Origin: Fidelibacterota bacterium CG08_land_8_20_14_0_20_45_22
GTDB lineage: Bacteria; Fidelibacterota; UBA2242
Direction: 5' to 3'
NCBI GenBank assembly: GCA_002774355.1
Contig: PEYN01000191.1
Coordinates: 1-63,912, forward strand
Length of the DNA: 63,912 bases
Numbering within the stretch: the stretch's first letter is position 1; every line of letters starts with the position of its first letter. Below are positions 10,012 to 19,767 of this stretch, piece by piece. The notes beneath the pieces are model-generated. The model made no database searches. It was not told the DNA's origin and saw only the letters and a list, made by a program, of their open reading frames with translations. Made by a program: the position numbers and the translations under genes.

Positions 10012-11562
10012 TTAATGTTTAAAAACTCGTTTCCCCGTAAAAATCATAAACATCCCGTGTTCGTTGCAAGCATCAATGACTTCCTGATCGTGAATACTTC
10101 CTCCGGGCTGAATGATTCCAGCAATTCCATATCGTGACGCCAGGTCGGCTGAATCCCGAAACGGAAAAAAAGCATCCGAAGCCAGCGTAGAACCGGTAGC
10201 GGAAAGCCCCGCTTCTTCAGCTTTGCCGATAGAAATTTTTAATGATTCAATCCGCGACATTTGTCCAGCACCGATGCCGACCGTTCCCGACTCGTCGCAA
10301 AGAACGATTGCATTCGATTTCACATGCCGGACGAGTTTCCAGCCAAGGCGGATCGACGCCATGGTCTGTGTCGGCGGTTTGGTCTCGGTGACGACTCGCC
10401 ATGCGGCTTCATTTTCATCGGCGATCTGAATCGCCTGCGTGACAAGTCCACGACCAAAATTCCGAAACTCCCATTCACATTGCAAATCGGCTTGAATCGG
10501 GACCAATAATCGTAAATTCTTCTTTTTACTTAAAACTCCAAGCGCCTTTTTAGAATATGACGGTGCGACAATACATTCTAAAAATGTTTTTACCAATTCT
10601 TCAGCGAGATTCTCATCGATCGACTGGTTGACGCCGACGATTCCCCCAAAATAGCTGACCGGATCAGTCTGAACGGCGCGTTTGTAAGCGTCCGAAAGCG
10701 TATGACCTAATCCAAAACCGCATGGATTCGTATGTTTGACGATGGCACAAGCGGGCGTTGAAACATCAAAATCCGAAATGATACGATAGACCGCCATACA
10801 ATCGATGTAGTTGTTATACGAGATTTCCTTTCCCTGAAGTTGATGAAAGGCTTCCCAGTTCGGATTGCCGGTTGGCGCATAGATCGCCGCCGCCTGATCC
10901 GGATTCTCGCCATAGCGTAGCGAACGCAACTTTGCAAAATCCAGCATCAAACGCGAAGGCGCAGACGAAGGCTTTTCCCCCTGAAAAAAATCAGCGATTT
11001 CCGCATCATACCGAGCGGTTCCAGCAAATACTTCTGCGGCGAGTGATCGGCGATACTCCGTCGTAATTTCATTCTTTTCCAACCGCTCGCGAAATTCATC
11101 ATATTGATTCGGACGGGAAAGGACGACGACATTATGATAATTCTTCGAAGCGGCGCGAATCATACTCGGACCTCCGACATCGATCATCTCGACGATTTGA
11201 TCAGGAGTTTTCTCCACGGAGTGATAAGTTTCCGAAAAAGGATAGAGATTGACAACGACCATTTGAAATGGTTGAACGGATGCCGATTCAAGATCGGCGA
11301 CATGCGACGGGTCGCGTACATCAGCCAGAATACCAGCAAATACCGCTGGATGAAGGGTTTTTACTCTACCGCCAAGTATTTCCGGAAAATGCGTCAATTC
11401 TTCAATTTTCGTGACACGAATTCCAGCTTCTTTTAGCTTGGTAAAGGTGCCGCCAGTCGAAAATATTTCTATCCCACGGGATTCTAGTAACTGGGAAAGT
11501 GGGAGGATTCCAGTCTTGTCCCAAACACTAATAATCGCCCGATGGATTTTAAATTCGTTCAT
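10012..11562 (-). CDS. purH: bifunctional AICAR transformylase / IMP cyclohydrolase
   Basis: 516 aa. It has an MGS-like N-domain (RAIISVWDKTG), KHTNPCG, and the C-terminal FTGKRVFKH. Confidence 0.96.
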   Translation of the reverse strand: MNEFKIHRAIISVWDKTGILPLSQLLESRGIEIFSTGGTFTKLKEAGIRVTKIEELTHFPEILGGRVKTLHPAVFAGILADVRDPSHVADLESASVQPFQMVVVNLYPFSETYHSVEKTPDQIVEMIDVGGPSMIRAASKNYHNVVVLSRPNQYDEFRERLEKNEITTEYRRSLAAEVFAGTARYDAEIADFFQGEKPSSAPSRLMLDFAKLRSLRYGENPDQAAAIYAPTGNPNWEAFHQLQGKEISYNNYIDCMAVYRIISDFDVSTPACAIVKHTNPCGFGLGHTLSDAYKRAVQTDPVSYFGGIVGVNQSIDENLAEELVKTFLECIVAPSYSKKALGVLSKKKNLRLLVPIQADLQCEWEFRNFGRGLVTQAIQIADENEAAWRVVTETKPPTQTMASIRLGWKLVRHVKSNAIVLCDESGTVGIGAGQMSRIESLKISIGKAEEAGLSATGSTLASDAFFPFRDSADLASRYGIAGIIQPGGSIHDQEVIDACNEHGMFMIFTGKRVFKH

Positions 11563-12178
11563 TCTCGATTTCGATCCTTCCGTTTAAATGTTTGATTCGC
11601 CCTTCACAAAAAGCCTTAATTACCATTGGATAAACCCGATGTTCGACCGCCAGCACGCGTTGAGCCAAAGATTCCAATGTATCGTCAGAACGAACATCAA
11701 CTTTCTCTTGCCAAATAATCGAGCCTGTGTCATAGTGTTCGTCTACAAAATGAATCGTCACACCGGTGGTCTTAACACCAGAAGCCAGAACGGATTCATG
11801 GACTTTCATTCCAAAATAACCTGGTCCGCCAAAATTCGGCAAAAGAGCCGGATGAATATTGATCATCGCGTTTTTATAACGATTGACGACCGGCGCCGGC
11901 ACGAGTTTTAGAAAACCAGATAAAACGACCAAATCCGTTTCATACCTTGTTAACACAGAAAGTAAAAAATCGGCGTATTCGCTTCCGTCGGAAAATTGTT
12001 TCCGATTGATCCAATGTGCTGGAATGCCAGCGGAAGAAGCAATGGAAAAAACCTGCGGCTGAGGATTGTCACTGATCACGCAGACCACTTTCGCAGGAAT
12101 GTACCCGCTTCGTATGTGTTCCAAGATTGATGAAAAATTCGATCCACGCCCCGAAGCAAAAATTGCTAACCGTTTCAA
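11549..12178 (-). CDS. purN: phosphoribosylglycinamide formyltransferase
   Basis: 209 aa with ASGRGSNFSSIL, NIHPALLP and HFVDEHYDTG. It overlaps purH by 14 nt. Confidence 0.93.
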   Translation of the reverse strand: MKRLAIFASGRGSNFSSILEHIRSGYIPAKVVCVISDNPQPQVFSIASSAGIPAHWINRKQFSDGSEYADFLLSVLTRYETDLVVLSGFLKLVPAPVVNRYKNAMINIHPALLPNFGGPGYFGMKVHESVLASGVKTTGVTIHFVDEHYDTGSIIWQEKVDVRSDDTLESLAQRVLAVEHRVYPMVIKAFCEGRIKHLNGRIEIENERI

Positions 12179-12268
12179 AATGACTGTTTTCTTCCTCAGT
12201 TAAAATAACACGTAAATTTATATATTTAAATAAGGATAAGCAATTAGTCGGAAAGAAATATCGAAGAA

Positions 12269-12922
12269 TTATTTTTTTAGCACAGATGGACAGATTTCAC
12301 GGACTTTCCGCAATAACTCTTCCAGTTTCTCTTCATCTTCGAAAATGTTAAAATTATCTGTCTCGACAATCAAAATCCGGTTGCGCTTCGATTCTTCACG
12401 AATCCACCGTTCATAAGAGAGATTTAACATGTAAATATATTCCGGAGAAATTTCACGTTCAAAATCACGACTGCGTCTTTTAATTCGCGTGATAAGCGTA
12501 TCGACAGTCGCGCGAAGATACAGAATCAAGTCGGGCTTCTTCAAATAGGAAGTCATGATGTCGAAAAGCGAGCGGTAATTATCCCAATCGCGTTGACTCA
12601 TATTTCCCATTTCGTAAAGATTGCGGGCGAAAATTTCGACATCTTCATAAATCGTCCGATCTTGAATGGCAGAACCCGGCGCATCGGTCATCTCTTTATG
12701 CGTCCGAAAACGATGAGAAAGAAAATAAACTTGAAGATTGAAACTCCACCGCTTCATGTTCTCGTAAAAATCTTCGAGATATGGATTATCAATGACGGAT
12801 TCATAATAGGCGCGCCAGCCGAATCGCTTGGCAATGATATCCGTCATCGTCGTTTTCCCAACGCCGATGTTACCGGCAATGCCAATGAAATATTTCTTAT
12901 CTTCCAATATTCGCTTCTCCAA
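12269..12922 (-). CDS. deoxynucleoside kinase
   Basis: 217 aa with P-loop GNIGVGKTT, a dNK-family ER/DR region (IQDRTIYED) and lid RIKRRSRDFE. Confidence 0.85.
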   Translation of the reverse strand: MEKRILEDKKYFIGIAGNIGVGKTTMTDIIAKRFGWRAYYESVIDNPYLEDFYENMKRWSFNLQVYFLSHRFRTHKEMTDAPGSAIQDRTIYEDVEIFARNLYEMGNMSQRDWDNYRSLFDIMTSYLKKPDLILYLRATVDTLITRIKRRSRDFEREISPEYIYMLNLSYERWIREESKRNRILIVETDNFNIFEDEEKLEELLRKVREICPSVLKK

Positions 12923-13012
12923 GTAACTTCCGTAAAAAAGTGTCTGTATTTTAACAGGCGCCGTGTGAATTAAAAAAGAAAAATAATCTACGATCAGAAG
13001 TCCTGAACGTCA

Positions 13013-14077
13013 TCACCGAATCTCTATCTGACTCTGGTCGCCGACGATAAACCGATTGGTGAACGGTTTAGAATCCGCGTCAACGATCTGAACGTCTTTC
13101 CCGAGCAGGCTCGCTTCAATCCGAATTTTCTGATTCCGGATCAAACAGCCACATGAAACGATACTGAACTCGATCTCGGAATTCTCGATCTGACAATTTT
13201 TATCGATCGAAGTGTACGGGCCGACATACGAGTTGATGATCTTCGATCCGGCTCCGATGATTGCCGGTCCCCGGACATTACTGTTGTGAATCTCGGCGCC
13301 CGGTTCGATCACAACGCGTCCAGCAAGATTGCTATGTGCATCGACCATTCCTTCAATACGTGTCTCAAAACTATCCAACACCAGACGATTCGCTTCCAAC
13401 AAATCTGCCGGTTTGCCGGTGTCTTTCCACCAACCCGTGATCTCCGAATAGGTCACTTTGAATCCTTTTTCTAATAAATATTGATGCGCATCCGAGATTT
13501 CCAATTCACCGCGTGCGCTGGGAGAAATCGCATTGACGGCTTCGAAAATGTTTGAATCATAAATGTATATTCCGGTAACGGCAAAATCGCTCTTCGGTTT
13601 ACTAGGTTTTTCTTCGATGCTGACAATTTGCCCGTCTTTCAGTTCGGGTACGCCGAAACGTTCCGGGTCTTTCACGCGCGCCAATACTAAATGACAATTG
13701 GCGCCCGATTCCCTGAACTCATCAATAAACCGGGCAATTCCACCGACAATAATGTTATCGCCAAGATAAAACACGAAAGGTTCATTTTCGAGAAATGGTT
13801 GAGCAATGCGGACGCAATCCGCAAGTCCCGAAGGACGTTCTTGCGGAATGTACGTGATATGAAGCCCCATCTGACTTCCATCTTTATAAACGTCTTCGAC
13901 CTCCGAACCTTCTTTGTTCGTGATGATACCAACATCCGTGATGCCCGCCTTACGGATATACTCAAGAGCATAATTCAAAATGGGTTTATTGGCAATCGGA
14001 ATTAGGTGCTTGTTTTGCGTATGAGTAATCGGACGCAGTCTCGTGCCATGTCCGCCTGCCGTGATGAGCGCTTTCAT
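13013..14077 (-). CDS. glucose-1-phosphate thymidylyltransferase-like sugar nucleotidyltransferase (long form)
   Basis: 354 aa. N-terminal signature ITAGGHGTRLRPITHTQNKHLIP. The C-terminus is a left-handed beta-helix hexapeptide region. The sugar and nucleotide specificity is not determinable by eye. Confidence 0.8.
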   Translation of the reverse strand: MKALITAGGHGTRLRPITHTQNKHLIPIANKPILNYALEYIRKAGITDVGIITNKEGSEVEDVYKDGSQMGLHITYIPQERPSGLADCVRIAQPFLENEPFVFYLGDNIIVGGIARFIDEFRESGANCHLVLARVKDPERFGVPELKDGQIVSIEEKPSKPKSDFAVTGIYIYDSNIFEAVNAISPSARGELEISDAHQYLLEKGFKVTYSEITGWWKDTGKPADLLEANRLVLDSFETRIEGMVDAHSNLAGRVVIEPGAEIHNSNVRGPAIIGAGSKIINSYVGPYTSIDKNCQIENSEIEFSIVSCGCLIRNQKIRIEASLLGKDVQIVDADSKPFTNRFIVGDQSQIEIR

Positions 14078-14176
14078 TCTTTTCCCTTCTATAAAAATCT
14101 GCTATTCCATACAATTAATCGGATTCAGTGTAAAAATCAACTCCCGCCGGAAACTTAGAGAAGCATCCCTGCAAAA

Positions 14177-15487
14177 TCAAGTCCGATCTTGATTTTTTTC
14201 GACAACGTGCCCGATTAAATCCAATTCACAGGCTTTATCCATCGTAACGGGTATAATCTTGCCGATTTTCAGGATAGATTTGGAATTTATAAAAACTGAA
14301 CAGTCAATTTCCGGCGCATCCCAGACACTTCGTCCAACGTAACCTTCTGGATTTTTCTCTTCGATCAAAACGTTCAGAGTCTTGCTAATTTGATTCAAGG
14401 CAAATTCGTGCGAAATATCCCACTGGAGTTGCATAACGATCTCTTTCCGACGCTCTTTTTCTTCAGGTGGCACATCGTTAGGTAAATCCGCCGATGACGT
14501 TCCCTCTTCTTGCGAATAAGTAAAAACGCCCAACCGCTCAAATCTAATCTCTTCTATGAAATCCAGCAGTTCATTAAAATCCGCTTCTGTCTCGGAAGGA
14601 AAACCAACCATGACCGACGTTCTCAGCACAACGCGCGGAACCTCGTTTCGAATCGTCTTTAAAATATGGCGAATCTCTTCCCGATTTTTTCCACGATTCA
14701 TCAATTTCAGGATTCGGTTGGAAGCGTGCTGAATCGGAATGTCAATATATGGAACCAGCGCCGGATATTTTCCGAATAGACTGTTCATTTCCAGCGACCA
14801 AAAATCGGGATGGTTATACATCAATCGCACCCACGGAAACATATCCGCTTGTAAAAGTACTTTCAGTAGATCGATCAACCGAACTTTTCCCGGCAAATCC
14901 GTACCGTATCGTGTCAAATCCTGCGCGATTAATATGAGTTCTTTCACACCCTTTTGCCGAAGATATTCGGCTTCCCGCATAAGACTTTGGACGCTACGGC
15001 TTTGCTGTTTTCCCCGAATCAGCGGAATTGAACAAAACGAGCATGAATTGTCGCAACCTTCGGCGATCTTCAGATACGCCAGATGAGACGGCGTCAGCAA
15101 TTCTCGACTCTCTTCGTCGGCACAAAACGACTTCTTTAGAGCAATTGCCTCGACGATCTTGTCAATCGAATGAACGCCATCAATGCGATCCACTTCCGGA
15201 ATTTCTCTCCGAAGTAAATCGCCATATCGCTGAGACAAGCAACCCATGACGAAAACTTTCCGAACCAATCCGGTCTCCTTCAATTTCAGCGTCTCAAAAA
15301 TCGTTTCGATCGATTCTGTTTTCGCCTGCTCGATAAATCCGCAGGTATTCACGATGACGATTTCTGCCTCTTCCGGATTTTTCCGAAAGATACAGCCCAG
15401 ACTCTGCAATTTACCGTTGAGTACTTCCGAATCGACAGTGTTTTTAGGACAACCAAGCGATATGATCGAAAAAGTCGTTCCTTTCAT
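14177..15487 (-). CDS. rimO: ribosomal protein S12 methylthiotransferase RimO
   Basis: 436 aa. N-terminal SLGCPKNTVDSE, radical-SAM CDNSCSFCSIP (CxxxCxxC) and a C-terminal TRAM domain. The size and N-terminus fit RimO better than MiaB. Confidence 0.85.
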   Translation of the reverse strand: MKGTTFSIISLGCPKNTVDSEVLNGKLQSLGCIFRKNPEEAEIVIVNTCGFIEQAKTESIETIFETLKLKETGLVRKVFVMGCLSQRYGDLLRREIPEVDRIDGVHSIDKIVEAIALKKSFCADEESRELLTPSHLAYLKIAEGCDNSCSFCSIPLIRGKQQSRSVQSLMREAEYLRQKGVKELILIAQDLTRYGTDLPGKVRLIDLLKVLLQADMFPWVRLMYNHPDFWSLEMNSLFGKYPALVPYIDIPIQHASNRILKLMNRGKNREEIRHILKTIRNEVPRVVLRTSVMVGFPSETEADFNELLDFIEEIRFERLGVFTYSQEEGTSSADLPNDVPPEEKERRKEIVMQLQWDISHEFALNQISKTLNVLIEEKNPEGYVGRSVWDAPEIDCSVFINSKSILKIGKIIPVTMDKACELDLIGHVVEKNQDRT

Positions 15488-16467
15488 AAAAGGGGTTTTT
15501 TCTCGTTGACTGATGAACCGGCTTCAAGAAGCGCGGATACAAATTCTTCTGCATTGAATTCGACGAGGTCGTCGATCTTTTCACCGATGCCGACATACCG
15601 AATCGGTAGATTAGTCTGGCGATGGATTGCCAGTGCAACGCCACCTTTTGCTGTGCCGTCGAGTTTGGTTAAAATTATTCCCGTCACGCCGACAGATTTA
15701 ACGAATTCCTGCGCTTGAACGATACCGTTTTGACCTGTACCGGCGTCGAGGATTAGCCAGATGTCGTGCGGTGCAGTTGGAATGACTTTACCGATAGTTC
15801 TTTTGACTTTGGCTAATTCATCCATCAAATTGGATTTCGTGTGTAGGCGTCCGGCGGTATCGATCAGCAAAATGTTAACATCGTGTGCGAGAGCCGATTT
15901 TGCGGCATCGAAAACGATTGCCGATGGATCCTTCCCGCGCGGATTCCCCATAAATTCTGATCCGCTTCGCTTCGCCCAGATTTCCAATTGTTCATAAGCC
16001 GCCGCCCGAAATGTGTCCGCCGCGGCGATGAGCGTTTTCTTATTTTCCCTTTGGTAAAGCGCCGCCAGTTTCCCGATGGTTGTCGTCTTTCCGGTTCCAT
16101 TCACACCGACAATGAGAACGACATAAGGTTTTGGCAAGGGAATAGGAACCGATTGGTTTTTACGAATCAGCAACAAAATCTGTTCTTTTAAAATATCCCT
16201 CAGATTTGCGGATTCTTTTTTGTCGATCGTTTTGAGATGCTTGATGAGTTCTTCCGTCAAGGCAACGCCAACGTCCGCAGAAAGAAGCGTCTCCTCTATC
16301 CGGATCAGCGTATCTTCATCGATCCTGAAATATTTCCCCAACAATGGCAGACGTTGGGCGATACTTCGTCCCGTTTTTGCAAGGCTATTAACCAAACGGT
16401 TTTGCGGTGTCGATTCTTTGGATGGATTATCACCGCCGACAATTTTATTGAGAATTTGTTGAATCAT
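15484..16467 (-). CDS. ftsY: signal recognition particle receptor FtsY
   Basis: 327 aa. SRP-GTPase motifs GVNGTGKTTTIGKLA, DTAGRLH and TKLDGTAKGG. It has a 4-nt overlap with rimO. Confidence 0.95.
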   Translation of the reverse strand: MIQQILNKIVGGDNPSKESTPQNRLVNSLAKTGRSIAQRLPLLGKYFRIDEDTLIRIEETLLSADVGVALTEELIKHLKTIDKKESANLRDILKEQILLLIRKNQSVPIPLPKPYVVLIVGVNGTGKTTTIGKLAALYQRENKKTLIAAADTFRAAAYEQLEIWAKRSGSEFMGNPRGKDPSAIVFDAAKSALAHDVNILLIDTAGRLHTKSNLMDELAKVKRTIGKVIPTAPHDIWLILDAGTGQNGIVQAQEFVKSVGVTGIILTKLDGTAKGGVALAIHRQTNLPIRYVGIGEKIDDLVEFNAEEFVSALLEAGSSVNEKKPLL

Positions 16468-16482
16468 CTGGAAAAATCCGTC

Positions 16483-17088
16483 TCAGGCCGATTTCTTGTG
16501 TCGATGTTCCTGAATTACTCGGATAAAAGAGGCGCAATACTGAATCCACGAAATCGACATGGAAGTCAGCGCAACTATCAGTAACGGAAATTTCCAACTT
16601 TCCAAAAATTTTGGATAAATAAACGCCATTACTGATAGTGAAGTGAAAATGATTGCGACTTTTCCCATTTTGTTGGATTTTGGTGAAATGTTGCAATTGT
16701 TCAACATATAAATTCCCAAAACGGAAATTGTGAAGTCTCGAAAAATCAAAAACAGAAGAAAATACGTAGGCATCATGTCTTTTAAAATCAGGTATAAAAT
16801 GACGCTGAAAATAACAATTTTGTCCGCTACCGGATCGAGCATCTTACCGAGGTCTGTAATCTCGTTGCTGATTCGCGCCAGCCAACCGTCGAGCATATCG
16901 GAGAAGATCGCCGTTAAAATAAAAATTAACGCGATTGTTCCGTTTCCTCTTTGCAGGAAATAGATAATCGGCAATGTTAGCAACGCGCGCGTGATAGAAA
17001 TCATATTCGACGCCGTCACTAACCGATTCGGACTGATCTCCCCATATTTTTGAACGACTTTTGATTTGACTGATACTTTCTTCGACAT
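16483..17088 (-). CDS. CDP-alcohol phosphatidyltransferase family protein
   Basis: 201 aa, polytopic. The family motif D-G-x2-A-R-x8-G-x3-D-x3-D is seen as DMLDGWLARISNEITDLGKMLDPVADK. Confidence 0.85.
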   Translation of the reverse strand: MSKKVSVKSKVVQKYGEISPNRLVTASNMISITRALLTLPIIYFLQRGNGTIALIFILTAIFSDMLDGWLARISNEITDLGKMLDPVADKIVIFSVILYLILKDMMPTYFLLFLIFRDFTISVLGIYMLNNCNISPKSNKMGKVAIIFTSLSVMAFIYPKFLESWKFPLLIVALTSMSISWIQYCASFIRVIQEHRHKKSA

Positions 17089-17090
17089 CT

Positions 17091-17843
17091 TTAACTCAAT
17101 GTTGACACTGCTGTAAATTCCTTAAAGAACCTTAATCCAACCGTTTCTCGCTGTAAAAAATTACTCGCAAGTTCTGAAAAATTTCCATGAAATACAATTT
17201 TCCCTTGTTCCATGATCCAAAATTCTTTGGAAAGCGCAACAAGCAAACTAAAATCGTGTGAAATAACGATCAGCGCATGATTTTTTGAAAATTCACCGGC
17301 GATTTCGGTTAACTGCGTTCTGCCAATCTTTCCCAAACCGATGGTCGGCTCGTCTAGAATGAGCAAATCAGGCTGTCGCGCGATTCCCAACGATAAAGCA
17401 AATCGACGCAATTCACCGCCGCTGAGTTCATATCCGTTTCGTTCCGAGATTGCCGCATAATCTACGGAAAATAGGCTTAATAAATTCCGAACATCCGTAG
17501 AAAAATTCGGAATAGAAGGATTCATTTGCGCAATGAGATCCACGGTTTCTACGACGCGCGAACCCAGGAATATTTTTCCCGGAAATTGCGGCAGGTAAAC
17601 AATTTTCGGACTTTCCAGACTTTTCGTTTCCGGTCCCCACGACGCCCGGATTTCTCCAGAGTTTGGTTGAAGAAGACCGGCAATCATCTGACCAAGACTA
17701 CTTTTCCCCGAACCAATCAAACCATAAATCCCTATGGGAGAATCGACCATCTGTGTCAAATCAGGAATTTCCAGATGAAATGAATCGTTATTCTCATACC
17801 GGCAAACAAGGTTTTTAGCTATAATCTGGATACTTGGGCACAT
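17091..17843 (-). CDS. ABC transporter ATP-binding protein (ECF/CbiO-like)
   Basis: Walker A GLIGSGKSS, signature LSGGELRR, Walker B LLILDEP. The start was moved to MCPSIQII (17843), whose ATG shares one base with the upstream TGA (TGATG). Confidence 0.85.
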   Translation of the reverse strand: MCPSIQIIAKNLVCRYENNDSFHLEIPDLTQMVDSPIGIYGLIGSGKSSLGQMIAGLLQPNSGEIRASWGPETKSLESPKIVYLPQFPGKIFLGSRVVETVDLIAQMNPSIPNFSTDVRNLLSLFSVDYAAISERNGYELSGGELRRFALSLGIARQPDLLILDEPTIGLGKIGRTQLTEIAGEFSKNHALIVISHDFSLLVALSKEFWIMEQGKIVFHGNFSELASNFLQRETVGLRFFKEFTAVSTLS

Positions 17844-18490
17844 CAGCAAGAACCTTTCATCGGAAAACATTTTGCGTTTCCGTCCACGATTTCGATGCAA
17901 AATTTAGTAAGCGCCTTCTCCTGCTCATTTTGCGTGATCCAAAAAATACCCACGCCACTTGCATGGAGCGCTGTAATTCGCTTGATTAAATCGTTTTGTG
18001 CTAGAATGTCCAGATATGACGACGGTTCATCCAGTATAAGATAATTTGGTTCGGAGATCATCGTTCCCATCAATGCTAATCGTTGCTTTTCGCCACCCGA
18101 AAGCCGATTGGGCGAATCCTTCCGTCGATCTGATAGTCCGATTTCCCCCAAACTATTTCGGACTTTCAGCGTCATCATTTCGATCGGATAATTCTGATTT
18201 TCGAGATTAAAAGCAATTTCCCGCTCGATGAAAAAATGAACAAACTGATCTTCAGGATTCTGGAAGAGATAACCAAAATCCGGAATTTCATCATTCGACG
18301 ACTTCGGAAATTCAATGCGCCCGGAATCTGGCTCCAATATTCCTGCAATCAGTTTGGCGAGTGTGCTTTTCCCTGTTCCACAATTACCAGTTATAGCGAC
18401 CCAATTGCTTTCGGGAATTTCCAGATTCAGATGGGAAAAAACGGGTTTTTCCTTGTAAGCAAACGAAACGTCAATAAATCGGATGCTCAA
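17843..18490 (-). CDS. ABC transporter ATP-binding protein (ECF/CbiO-like)
   Basis: 215 aa with Walker A GNCGTGKST, signature LSGGEKQR and Walker B LILDEPSSYLD. Confidence 0.88.
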   Translation of the reverse strand: MSIRFIDVSFAYKEKPVFSHLNLEIPESNWVAITGNCGTGKSTLAKLIAGILEPDSGRIEFPKSSNDEIPDFGYLFQNPEDQFVHFFIEREIAFNLENQNYPIEMMTLKVRNSLGEIGLSDRRKDSPNRLSGGEKQRLALMGTMISEPNYLILDEPSSYLDILAQNDLIKRITALHASGVGIFWITQNEQEKALTKFCIEIVDGNAKCFPMKGSC

Positions 18491-19767
18491 TCGGACTCCA
18501 ATATCTCCCGAACCGTTCTTGCGCCAGCGCCTAGATTCTTCAAAATCACCTGTCTCGCGGAATTAGCGGCAAGGCGATAAGCCTCCGCATCGGTCAGCAT
18601 TCGCCGGATTTGCTGATAGAGACTCTCACTGTTTTCGCAACAGAATCCGCCACCATCACGGATAAGCAATTTCGCTTCGCTTGAATTGTGATACGTCGGT
18701 CCAAATAGCACCGGAATTCCTGCAACTGCCGGTTCCATGACGTTATGAATCGAACCGCGAAAACTTCCACCGACAAATGCCAAATCCGACTGATGATATA
18801 GTTCAGCAAGAATTCCGACTTTATCAATCAGAACCGCTTTAAATTCGGAAGATTTATCCGGCAACGACGAGAGTCTGCGCGTGAGAATTCCGTTTTCCGA
18901 GAGGTCCTCTTCCAGCGTCTCCAACGCATATTCGTTCGGTTCGTGCGGCGCGACAATTACCCGCAACCTACCGAATTCTTTCATACATCGGTAAACAGCC
19001 GGCATCAGTTGTTTAGCATCCTGCGGCCAGATGCTCCCAATGATAAAAACAAAACCGTCTTGAAAGAGCCGCCTCTCAAAAGCGGCGACTTTTTCATGGG
19101 CGCGGTAAATCACCTGATCGTACCGCGTATCACCGAGTGACAACACCTTGATAGGAACCGTTCCAATCAGTTTAAGAACTGATTCTTTGTGATTATCCGA
19201 AATTGCGTAGATATAATCCAGCGAACGATATAGATCGCTGAAAAACGAACGCACAATCGGCTTCCACTTAAGGCTCTTTTCCCGGATTCTGGCAGAAATG
19301 AGATACGTTTTTACGTGATGGCGTTGAGCGTTCAAAATCAGATTCGGCCAAAGCTCGTAGGTGACAAAAATGATTTTTTGGGGCTTGAGATTCTGAATAA
19401 ATCGCCGCGTCCGAAAATATGTATCAAGGGGAAGGTATATAAACAGATCGACTTCCGGAATCCGAACTGCATTCGTGTATCCGCTGGGAGAGGTAAAACT
19501 TGCAACGATTAAGATGTCGGGACGAAGCGCTTTTAGCCCGCGAATTACTGGCTTAGCCTGCTCAAATTCACCGAGCGAAGCCGAGTGGATCAGGTACAAT
19601 TCCTTTCGAGAATATTTATCTCGAAACCGCATCATTTCATTTAAAGTTTGTTTCCTGCCACAAATACCCGTGCGCATTTTCGTATTAAAAAGCGCCGAGA
19701 AATAAATGAAAGCGAATGCAATAGGAATAAAAAATGCGTTGTAGATAATGATCCAAAAAATGGTCAC
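18487..19767 (-). CDS. waaA: 3-deoxy-D-manno-octulosonic acid (Kdo) transferase
   Basis: It has an N-terminal membrane anchor and a GT30-like body (HSASLGEFEQAKPVI, GGSF..IHNVMEPA). The start was corrected to GTG at 19767. This GTG is preceded by AGGAG and shares one base with the TAG stop of the GT9 gene (TAGTG). The track ATG at 19836 would overlap that gene by 70 nt. Confidence 0.85.
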   Translation of the reverse strand: MTIFWIIIYNAFFIPIAFAFIYFSALFNTKMRTGICGRKQTLNEMMRFRDKYSRKELYLIHSASLGEFEQAKPVIRGLKALRPDILIVASFTSPSGYTNAVRIPEVDLFIYLPLDTYFRTRRFIQNLKPQKIIFVTYELWPNLILNAQRHHVKTYLISARIREKSLKWKPIVRSFFSDLYRSLDYIYAISDNHKESVLKLIGTVPIKVLSLGDTRYDQVIYRAHEKVAAFERRLFQDGFVFIIGSIWPQDAKQLMPAVYRCMKEFGRLRVIVAPHEPNEYALETLEEDLSENGILTRRLSSLPDKSSEFKAVLIDKVGILAELYHQSDLAFVGGSFRGSIHNVMEPAVAGIPVLFGPTYHNSSEAKLLIRDGGGFCCENSESLYQQIRRMLTDAEAYRLAANSARQVILKNLGAGARTVREILESD

